Below are positions 1-7,170 of a stretch of 15,285 nucleotides of DNA, piece after piece. The first letter of the stretch is position 1, and every line of letters begins with the position of its first letter. The stretch spans positions 1 through 15,285 of the forward strand of contig JBNKNM010000126.1 of assembly GCA_050293845.1 (NCBI GenBank), read 5' to 3'. This DNA comes from Pseudobacteriovorax sp. (GTDB lineage: Bacteria; Bdellovibrionota_B; Oligoflexia; Oligoflexales; Oligoflexaceae). Under the pieces are notes generated by a model that had not been told where the DNA came from, ran no database searches, and was given only the letters and a program-made list of their open reading frames with translations. The position numbers and the translations under genes are program-made.

Positions 1-40
1 TGCTAGTGGTCTGGTCAACTAGTCTCCCTTGCGAGTCACC

Positions 41-958
41 TCACAAGCCCCCTCCTTTAGGTGGGGGTAATTGACCGATACTCGTAGTTTGCCATGAAAA
101 TTCCAGTGATGATATTGTCCCCCAGCTATTAAGCAATATGGGGTCGTTGCGAAGTCCGTGACCAAAGCCAGTGGCGTCGATTACAGGAATTTGTGTCCTC
201 TCATGAATCTCACGACATAGTCCCTCTTTACTGAGTAGCTCAAAGGATTCTAAGCCTACAAAATCGCCTAGTATAATGCCTTTGACTCCAGTCAAGGAGC
301 CACTTTGTTGCCACTGCTTGAAGCAGCGCAGTATTTTAGGAGGGGATTCATTCACGTCTTCGAAAAACAAAAGGTAGCCGGGAAATTCGCGAGGTAGGAA
401 GGGCGTTCCTATAAGCTGAGTCAATACTGACAGACAGCCTCCAAATATTTTCCCCGTTTGTACTGCACCAAGCCCCCAGCTACCCACAACGGGAAAATTT
501 CCGTGCCAAGGAGCGGTGCCGGCTAATAAGGCGAGGAGTTTTTGTGACGAGGGGGACAGAGGGTCAGACCAGTACTTGGTATTTGGCATAGGGCCGTGAA
601 CGCATGTCCATGTAGTGTTAACGGAAATGGCACTATGTAGAGCTGAGATATCTGAAAATCCGACCACGATCTTCGGCTTAGATCTAGCCACATTCTGCCA
701 GTCAATTTGGTCAATGAGATCACTTGAACCATAGCCGCCGCGTCCACAAAGGATGACATCGGTGTCTGGGTGCGTGAAAGCATCTGTAAGTTCCTGAAGT
801 CGTTTGCTTATATTGTTTGCCTGCCAGAGCAGCCGGGAATCGCCTGCTGGTGCACTGTAGTCAATATGAAAGCCTAAGTTTTTTAGTTCTAATATTTTTT
901 CATCCAGGGTATCGTCAGGAGCTTTGCTGGCGGGATGGATAATTTTAATTCGCTTCAT
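41..958 (-). CDS. ldcA: LD-carboxypeptidase (peptidase S66 family, muramoyltetrapeptide carboxypeptidase-like)
   Basis: 305-aa ORF with S66 motifs: N-terminal IIHPAS, RGGYG, GFSD (nucleophile Ser), HGP, GGCL (usually GGNL), FFEDVNE (Glu) and FGH (His). The Ser-Glu-His triad appears intact. Confidence 0.9.
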   Translation of the reverse strand: MKRIKIIHPASKAPDDTLDEKILELKNLGFHIDYSAPAGDSRLLWQANNISKRLQELTDAFTHPDTDVILCGRGGYGSSDLIDQIDWQNVARSKPKIVVGFSDISALHSAISVNTTWTCVHGPMPNTKYWSDPLSPSSQKLLALLAGTAPWHGNFPVVGSWGLGAVQTGKIFGGCLSVLTQLIGTPFLPREFPGYLLFFEDVNESPPKILRCFKQWQQSGSLTGVKGIILGDFVGLESFELLSKEGLCREIHERTQIPVIDATGFGHGLRNDPILLNSWGTISSLEFSWQTTSIGQLPPPKGGGL

Positions 959-1011
959 GCTTCCTAAGACCTATATGTTTTACAAGACAAGCTTCTCATG
1001 GGGGATAAATC

Positions 1012-2136
1012 ATGGGTTACAACTATGATTGTCGGTTATTCACAGGTTATAAACCTTGTAAGTATAAGATGGATTGTGCAGGCTGTCATCATTACGATCC
1101 TGTGGATCAACGGATTGCTGTGGTTAGTTTGGAAGCTATGGGAGCTGTGCTACGCTCCACCTGTCTGCTGCCAGCTATCAAACGTAAATACCCTCAAAGT
1201 CATATTACCTGGGTTACACTAAAAAATGCAAAGCCTTTGCTGGATAATAATCCCTATATAGACAGGCTCGTGGCATTGGACCCTGTAAACTATCCTCTAT
1301 TGCAAAAACTTAAGTTTGATCATCTTTATGCAGTGGACAAGTCAGCCCAAGCAGGTGCTCTCGCAGCTATGATGCATGCTAATCATAAATGGGGTTTTGG
1401 CGTCGATGAAAATGGTGTGATCCGCCCCTTTACAGAAGAAGCGGATTATCAATACTCTTTGGGGCTAAATGATCATTTAAAATTCTTTGTTAACGAGAAG
1501 GCAGAAACCCAGCAAATCACAGAAACCATGGGATTAGAGTGGGCGCGGGACCCTTATATTTTGGAGCTGACGACGGGTGAAAAAGATGACGTGCAGAAGT
1601 GGCGAACGAATATTCTTCGTGAGGCTAATGCTAAAAAAATCATAGGCTATAATACTGGGTGTTCGGTACTATTTCCATACAAGAAATTCACGGTCACACG
1701 TGCTGTAGAAATTATTCGTGAGTGGCGCAATCGCTTTCCTGACTATGCGATTGCCCTTTTGGGTGGCCCTGAGGATAGTGATCGGCAGGAGCAAATGAAA
1801 TCCTATTTTTTGGAAGATCCTAAAGTAGTAAACACGCCAACAACTCAAGGTTTGCGGCAAGGAGTAAAGTGGATGGCAACTAGCGATCTAGTCCTTTCTG
1901 GCTGCTCCTTGGGTCTGCATATTGCGATTGCCTTGCAAAAGCCAGCTATAGCTTGGTTTGGGGTATCTTGTAGCCAAGAAATCGACCTATACGATAAAGG
2001 TCATAAACTAGTTGCGGACGTGCCTTGCACACCCTGTTGGCGCAAGTCTTGTGATAATGAACCAAAATGCTTTAATGCGGTTTCTAGCGAAAAAATAATG
2101 ATGGCTACACAACGCATTAAAAAAGATTTTCTATAG
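1012..2136 (+). CDS. Glycosyltransferase family 9 (ADP-heptose:LPS heptosyltransferase-like) with N-terminal Cys cluster
   Basis: 374 aa. GT9-like segments: 'AMGAVLRSTCLLPAIKRKYPQSHITWVT', 'LLDNNPYID', 'LLGGPED', 'DLVLSGCSLGLHIAIAL..P.IAWFG', and C-terminal 'CTPCWRKSC...C'. GGGGGA SD-like sequence upstream of the ATG. Confidence 0.88.
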   Translation: MGYNYDCRLFTGYKPCKYKMDCAGCHHYDPVDQRIAVVSLEAMGAVLRSTCLLPAIKRKYPQSHITWVTLKNAKPLLDNNPYIDRLVALDPVNYPLLQKLKFDHLYAVDKSAQAGALAAMMHANHKWGFGVDENGVIRPFTEEADYQYSLGLNDHLKFFVNEKAETQQITETMGLEWARDPYILELTTGEKDDVQKWRTNILREANAKKIIGYNTGCSVLFPYKKFTVTRAVEIIREWRNRFPDYAIALLGGPEDSDRQEQMKSYFLEDPKVVNTPTTQGLRQGVKWMATSDLVLSGCSLGLHIAIALQKPAIAWFGVSCSQEIDLYDKGHKLVADVPCTPCWRKSCDNEPKCFNAVSSEKIMMATQRIKKDFL

Positions 2137-2154
2137 TATAATCAATAGATTATA
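2137..2154. promoter_or_regulatory. 7-4-7 palindrome TATAATC-AATA-GATTATA containing an exact IHF-consensus match
   Basis: Arms 2137-2143 and 2148-2154 are exact reverse complements. 2140-2152 (AATCAATAGATTA) fits WATCAANNNNTTR. The region is AT-rich, so chance is possible. Confidence 0.35.
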
Positions 2155-2185
2155 TTAAATCCCTCGGGGTGACGAGACCGTCAAA

Positions 2186-2232
2186 GCCGTCCTTGCATAA
2201 CTAAAACGCTTCCGGTTTGCAAGGCTGGTGGC
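2186..2232 (+). other. Interrupted stem-loop between the GT9 and DUF3050 genes (possible terminator or leader structure)
   Basis: CCTTGCA (2191-2197) pairs with TGCAAGG (2218-2224). The stem extends outward by GCCGT/GTGGC and inward by AACT/GGTT with G-U pairs. There is no immediate U-tract. Confidence 0.35.
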
Positions 2233-2310
2233 AGAGTTAAATTTTCCCTATACTGAAAATATCCGCAAAGTTGAATGAGCGATACAGCACTAGGTGGAGG
2301 TGGCCTCTAA

Positions 2311-3111
2311 ATGTCCTTCATTACCGATAGGTACTATCAAATACTGGAAAATCACCGTTTATATCAAGTCGTCGTGTCCCAGAGATCTTTAGCCTACTTT
2401 ATGGAACGTCATGTTATATGTGTTTGGATATACCATGCGCTATTACAGAGTCTATATCAGGAAATTATCGAAGGCATGCAGGCCATTAACACTGATGATA
2501 AAAAGGAGTGCGTGCGTCTTGTAACCGAAGTTGTGCTGGATGAAGTTGTAGAAGATTTAGGTGATGGCCACTTTCAAAGCCATCTCGAGCTGTATGTGGA
2601 GGCCATGGAAGATGTTGGGGCTAATGTTTCCACAATACTGACTTTTTTCGACATGGTGGAGAAAGGTTTTAGCTTACGCCGCTCCTTAGAGTTGGCAAAA
2701 TTTCCAGCAGAATGTGTATCTTATGCGAAGCGGATGTTGCCCTATTTTACCGAGCCGGCATTCAAAAAGGCCGCTGCATTGTTTTATGAAGGGGAGCCAT
2801 TTATCCCCGACACCTTTTTATCCAATATTGAAGCCATGCTCCCCAAAGTCCCTGTGAACCATTTATTAGACTATTTTGAAAGCCATATTGAAGGCTTAAA
2901 AAGGCCAGGATTTTCAGCTTCGGGTAGGCTCGTGGAAATTCTCTGTATGGCGGATAATCGCTATCACCAGCAAGCAGAAAGAGTTGCTGAAAAAGTGATG
3001 AAAGCACGGATAGAGCTATGGAATCATATCTTGATGAACGTCGATCATGACTATTTGCACATGCCCAATCTTACCGTAATTCCAGGAGGTAAAGCCATGC
3101 TCCTAAGATAG
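2311..3111 (+). CDS. DUF3050-family heme-oxygenase-like (HDO-fold) protein, divergent
   Basis: 266 aa following the DUF3050 pattern as I recall it: 'H.LY', 'FME.HV..VW', 'R.V.EVVL.E', 'SHLELY.EAM..VGA', 'AAA.F...E..IPD.F', 'Y.ESHIE', 'LC', 'ARIELW..I'. SD GGAGGT at 2296-2301. Confidence 0.75.
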   Translation: MSFITDRYYQILENHRLYQVVVSQRSLAYFMERHVICVWIYHALLQSLYQEIIEGMQAINTDDKKECVRLVTEVVLDEVVEDLGDGHFQSHLELYVEAMEDVGANVSTILTFFDMVEKGFSLRRSLELAKFPAECVSYAKRMLPYFTEPAFKKAAALFYEGEPFIPDTFLSNIEAMLPKVPVNHLLDYFESHIEGLKRPGFSASGRLVEILCMADNRYHQQAERVAEKVMKARIELWNHILMNVDHDYLHMPNLTVIPGGKAMLLR

Positions 3112-3777
3112 GACGAGCGGCCCCACGCCCCCTTTTTCTATGATTTCTCCAAGGTGGTGGCAAGTGAAGTGCGCTCCTGCAGCTTGTAAGCTTTCTGCAT
3201 TGTGCTGCGTACATACTCCGACGGTAGTCATTTTTGCAAAGTAGGCTGCTTTAAGGCCGGGTATACTATCTTCGAATACAAAAATGCGGTTGTGGTCTGC
3301 AAAGGAAAACCCCAATTTTTTAGCACCCATAAGATATGGTGAAGGATCAGGTTTGGGCTTGGTATAATCTTCAATACCAAAGAAAAAGGGAACATTTAAA
3401 TCATGATGAGACAATATTTTAGAAATAAATTCCCGGCTGGCATTACTGACAATTCCAAAACTCATGCCCAGATTTTGTATGAGCTGCAAAAACTTTTTTG
3501 TTCCGGGAAGTAGATTAACATCATGTATGTGATTCATCACTAATGTGGATTTTTTTGCAGCTAGCTGATCTTTGCAGTAAGGCTTATGGGCAAATTGGGA
3601 CAATGTTGATGCAATATATCGTGTGGATTTCCCTATCTGAGCAAAAAGTATCTCTGTAGGAAGGTCCTGCTTAAAAAGCAAAAAATATGATTTTTTCCAA
3701 GCTTCTAAGTGAATTGGTAGGGAATCTACGAGAACGCCGTCAAAATCAAATAGTATTGCCATCTCTGAGGGTTTCAA
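3103..3777 (-). CDS. HAD-superfamily phosphatase (beta-phosphoglucomutase/CbbY-like, subfamily IA)
   Basis: Motif I FDFDGVLVDS, motif II VSN, motif III KPKPDP.PY, motif IV FEDS..G. The TTG start at 3777 is preceded by SD AAGGAGGA (3788-3781); ATG at 3762 is an alternative. Overlaps the DUF3050 3' end by 9 nt (convergent). Confidence 0.9.
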   Translation of the reverse strand: MKPSEMAILFDFDGVLVDSLPIHLEAWKKSYFLLFKQDLPTEILFAQIGKSTRYIASTLSQFAHKPYCKDQLAAKKSTLVMNHIHDVNLLPGTKKFLQLIQNLGMSFGIVSNASREFISKILSHHDLNVPFFFGIEDYTKPKPDPSPYLMGAKKLGFSFADHNRIFVFEDSIPGLKAAYFAKMTTVGVCTQHNAESLQAAGAHFTCHHLGEIIEKGGVGPLVLS

Positions 3778-3831
3778 AAGTCCTCCTTTCTCAGGTATAA
3801 AGAAGAATTGATACTACAGTAAAGAGGACTT
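3778..3831 (-). promoter_or_regulatory. Inverted repeat that would sequester the HAD gene Shine-Dalgarno sequence
   Basis: On the + strand AAGTCCTC(C)TTT (3778-3789) and AAAGAGGACTT (3821-3831) are reverse complements apart from one bulged base. Confidence 0.4.
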
Positions 3832-3863
3832 GTCATGGGCATCTAATTGAAAGGCATTGGGAT

Positions 3864-6311
3864 ATGGTACAAAGACTCATTAAAAATTCTACTGTAAAGG
3901 TGACAGAGGCTCTGCAAGCCGCACTCATGGAGTATGCAAATCAGCGAAAGTCCGTGGTTGGCCCCGAAGGCATACTTGTAGCTTTATTGGACCAGAAAGA
4001 TTCCATTGCCATAAAAATTATAAATAATCTGGACTTGGATTCAGGAACCGTGCGCGCAGAAATCGTCGATATGGCCATCGCTGCTATTAATGCTCTACCC
4101 CAATTCCATCCAGGGCAAGTTAGCCAGATACGCATGACCAAGGAAGTAGAGAACTTGTTTGAAGCTGCCGATCGGGAGCGGCGACGCATGGGCGACGCCT
4201 TTATATCAACGGGAGCCCTCTTCTTAGCGTGCTTTGATCATGCGGTACCAGGGAACGAAAAAATTCTAACGAGTGTGGATCTCAACTATAAGGATTGTGT
4301 CAAAGCCCTTGATGATATCAGGGGTAACCAAAAAATTACTGACCGAGAAGAGGAGTCTCGCCGTTCGGTCCTACAGGAATATACTGTTGATCTTACTTAC
4401 CTAGCGAGAAAAGAACAGCTGGACCCTGTTATTGGCCGGGATGCCGAGATCAATCGTGTCATCCAAATATTGTCCCGACGGAAGAAGAATAACCCTCTGT
4501 TATTAGGGGAGCCTGGTGTTGGAAAAACTGTGATTGCTGAGGGACTGGCTAATCGTATCGCTTCAGCTGATGTCCCTGAGTATCTGTCGGATAAACGCAT
4601 CCTTTCCCTTGAAATTGCCAGCTTAATCGCGGGAGCTAAGATGCAAGGCGAGTTTGAAGAGCGATTGAAAACAGTAAAAGATGAAGTGATAGCCTCGGAA
4701 GGGCAAATTATCTTATTTATCGATGAAATTCATACGGTGGTAGGAGCGGGGAGATCTTCCGGGGGGCTGGATGCCTCAAATATGCTTAAACCTGCCCTTG
4801 CGCGGGGACAGCTGCAATGTATCGGAGCCACCACTAATAAGGAGTATAAGCAATATATCGAATCGGATAAAGCTTTAGAGCGTCGCTTTCAACCTGTTCG
4901 CATCGAAGAGCCCAGTGTTGAAGATACTATAGAGATTCTCAAAGGAATACGGGGACGGTATGAGAATCATCATAAAATTCAGTATGCTGATGATGCTTTG
5001 ATAGCTGCCACCGAACTATCCCAGAAGTACATTCTCGATCGCAGTCTCCCGGATAAGGCCATTGACCTCTTGGATGAGGCGGGTGCTGAAAAGCGCCTCA
5101 AGGTAATTTATAGCCCTCCTGAAGTTCGAAAAATTGAAAAGGAGCGTTTAGAACTGTTGGATCAAAAATCAAAAGCTTTCAATGAACAGGATTTTGAGAA
5201 AATGTCTAGCTTTCAAATGCTGCTTGCTCAATTGGATGAGTCCCTAGAGGAGCTAAGACGGCAGCATAAGGAAAGCACCGAGCAGGTAAATAATGTAGTA
5301 GATCGCGAGAATATAGCAGCCTTAGTGAGCCGTCAAACCGGCGTTCCAGTTACAAAAATGATCGCCCAAGAGGCGGAAAAGCTGCTTCACCTAGAGAAAC
5401 ACCTTCAGAGCCGTGTTATAGGGCAAGAACATGCTGTTAAATCGGTTGCTAACGCCATTCGTCGCAATCGTTCTGGAATCAAAAATACCGATACTCCCAT
5501 TGCTTCCTTTTTGTTTTTGGGCCCCACGGGGGTGGGAAAAACAGAGCTTGCCAAAGCTATCGCATCAGAGGTGCTGGACTCTGATCATAGGATCATTCGT
5601 ATTGATATGTCCGAATATATGGAACGTCATGATGTAAGCAAATTGATTGGATCACCCCCCGGATATGTTGGTTACGGCGAGGGGGGACAGCTTACAGAAA
5701 AAGTGCGAAGGCAGCCTTATTCTGTGGTGCTGTTTGACGAGTTTGAAAAAGCCCATCCCGACGTATTTAATCTTCTTTTACAAATCCTCGATGAAGGTTG
5801 GTTGACAGATGCAGAAGGTCAACGGATTAGCTTTACCAATACTGTAATTATTGGTACCTCAAACTTAGGTTCCGAAGTCTTAGGAGAGAAAAAAGCTCCC
5901 ATCGGTATCGGTTCCCACGTAACTCCATGGTCGAAGGATGATGAATCAAAGGAAATATTTAAGGTTGTCAAAAATTTTCTTAGACCAGAATTTATCAATC
6001 GCCTCGATGAGATCATTATTTTCAATAAACTTGGTGAGCATGAATTTGAAAAAATCCTTGATCTTATCTTGAAAGATTTGAAATCCCGTATGTCCCATAT
6101 GGGAATAGAATTGATCATTGATGAAGAATCAAAGAAATATATTATCGACTCCATTGATACCAATCAATATGGGGCAAGGCCATTAAAAAGGAAAGTTCAG
6201 GATCTTGTTGAAAATGAAATTGCCAATATCCTGATCGGAGCTGATCCTAAGGAAATCAAGAGTATTAAAGTTGGTGTTGACAATGGTGATTTGTCTCTGA
6301 AACCTCAATAA
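3864..6311 (+). CDS. clpC: ATP-dependent Clp protease ATP-binding subunit, ClpC-type Hsp100
   Basis: 815 aa. Clp-N repeats; AAA1 'LDPVIGRD..I', Walker A GEPGVGKT, Walker B ILFIDEIH, 'ALERRFQ'; short UVR-type middle domain ('[12 protein letters not shown]'); AAA2 GPTGVGKT, 'RIDMSEY', pore loop GYVG, '[11 protein letters not shown]'; ClpP-loop-like 'PIGIG'; 'RPEFINR', 'GARPLKR'. Confidence 0.88.
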   Translation: MVQRLIKNSTVKVTEALQAALMEYANQRKSVVGPEGILVALLDQKDSIAIKIINNLDLDSGTVRAEIVDMAIAAINALPQFHPGQVSQIRMTKEVENLFEAADRERRRMGDAFISTGALFLACFDHAVPGNEKILTSVDLNYKDCVKALDDIRGNQKITDREEESRRSVLQEYTVDLTYLARKEQLDPVIGRDAEINRVIQILSRRKKNNPLLLGEPGVGKTVIAEGLANRIASADVPEYLSDKRILSLEIASLIAGAKMQGEFEERLKTVKDEVIASEGQIILFIDEIHTVVGAGRSSGGLDASNMLKPALARGQLQCIGATTNKEYKQYIESDKALERRFQPVRIEEPSVEDTIEILKGIRGRYENHHKIQYADDALIAATELSQKYILDRSLPDKAIDLLDEAGAEKRLKVIYSPPEVRKIEKERLELLDQKSKAFNEQDFEKMSSFQMLLAQLDESLEELRRQHKESTEQVNNVVDRENIAALVSRQTGVPVTKMIAQEAEKLLHLEKHLQSRVIGQEHAVKSVANAIRRNRSGIKNTDTPIASFLFLGPTGVGKTELAKAIASEVLDSDHRIIRIDMSEYMERHDVSKLIGSPPGYVGYGEGGQLTEKVRRQPYSVVLFDEFEKAHPDVFNLLLQILDEGWLTDAEGQRISFTNTVIIGTSNLGSEVLGEKKAPIGIGSHVTPWSKDDESKEIFKVVKNFLRPEFINRLDEIIIFNKLGEHEFEKILDLILKDLKSRMSHMGIELIIDEESKKYIIDSIDTNQYGARPLKRKVQDLVENEIANILIGADPKEIKSIKVGVDNGDLSLKPQ

Positions 6312-6362
6312 TGATGATCTAAATTTCCTATGTAGCGCTGAGTTAGGCGAAAATTGCGGCTA

Positions 6363-6380
6363 GGGTCAAATATTTGACCC
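6363..6380. promoter_or_regulatory. Perfect 18-bp palindrome GGGTCAAATATTTGACCC (candidate operator or hairpin)
   Basis: The sequence equals its own reverse complement over 18 bp. It lies in the clpC-HTH gene spacer. Confidence 0.5.
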
Positions 6381-6621
6381 GATGGCTAAGTAAGATAAAC
6401 ATTGATACCATTAATCCGGGATCTGAAAAAATGGCGAGATGACACCTTTGCCCCTCTTGGTAGTTTTGGTGCGGTATGGCCATCTATCAGGACGCAAGGC
6501 TCGATAGTACATCACCGCAATGAACTCCCGTAAAATGATAAAGTTGTATTTTGCAGCAATGTCTGAGTCGGGGTTAATTTTTCGCATTCAGGTTGATAGG
6601 GTTTACTTCAGCGGAGGGTCT

Positions 6622-7170
6622 ATGGCTGAGCAATGGATGTCCATTGTCGAATACGCTCGTACTTTTGCGATATCGGATATGACTGTCCGACGTAGAATTA
6701 AAAATGGCAAGCTCAACGCTGTACTTCGTGATGGAAAATATTACATTCAGATCAATCCCGATCATGTGTCTCATGAAAGTCCTGATACCGAGATCAGGCC
6801 CCTTAGTCCTTCCCCAGTATCAGCTCCTGTTATGGATATGAAAGCTCCTTCTCCCTATGGGGTCAATAAGGGTGGCGCTGTCTTATCCCCGCGCGGCTGG
6901 CATCAAAATCAGCAAGAATCAACCTCAGGAATCATAGCAAATCCAGTGCACCAAGGGGATGGAGTAGATATTAAAGGCCTCGTAGATTATTGTAATCGGT
7001 CTTTGAGTAGGATTGCATCCATCGAAAGGCACCTAAACGATACATACCAGAGTAAATTAGCCCGCATGGAGGCTGAACTACGTAGTAAGGATATGGAGAT
7101 CGCTCAACTGAAACAGAGGGTTGAAGATCTGCAAATTCTAATCAAAATGTATGATGGCAGTCGCACCTAA
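6622..7170 (+). CDS. Hypothetical DNA-binding protein: N-terminal MerR/excisionase-like HTH, low-complexity linker, C-terminal coiled coil
   Basis: Preferred start is ATG 6622 with GGAGG at 6613-6617; the ORF track extends to 6520. 'WMSIVEYARTFAISDMTVRRRIKNGKLNAVLRDGKYYI' is a typical HTH_17/MerR-type wHTH. Pro/Ser-rich middle; heptad-rich 'LARMEAELRSKDMEIAQLKQRVEDLQILI'. Confidence 0.75.
   Translation: MAEQWMSIVEYARTFAISDMTVRRRIKNGKLNAVLRDGKYYIQINPDHVSHESPDTEIRPLSPSPVSAPVMDMKAPSPYGVNKGGAVLSPRGWHQNQQESTSGIIANPVHQGDGVDIKGLVDYCNRSLSRIASIERHLNDTYQSKLARMEAELRSKDMEIAQLKQRVEDLQILIKMYDGSRT

Noticed and set aside
1..56. SD-like GGAGG at the ldcA 3' end and a possible downstream TTG start (18-16) on the minus strand; CTAGT/ACTAG mini inverted repeat
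   Set aside because: Too little sequence at the window edge to support a gene or a terminator.
2217..2233. Sigma-54 promoter-like TGCCAC-N5-TTGCA on the minus strand near the IHF-like site
   Set aside because: The invariant -24 GG is GC here, and it points antisense into the GT9 gene.
2155..2236. c-di-GMP-I riboswitch resemblance (CAAAGCC...CTAAA)
   Set aside because: No GGCAAA/GNRA P2 hairpin or matching receptor/P1 arrangement; the similarity is superficial.
6484..6507. SRP RNA domain IV look-alike (TCAGG..GCAA..)
   Set aside because: It lacks the conserved AGCA(G) on the 3' side of the symmetric loop, and the apical stem is too short.
6520..6621. 34-aa N-terminal extension of the HTH ORF given by the ORF track
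   Set aside because: No SD at 6520, whereas ATG 6622 has GGAGG and begins right at the HTH domain.
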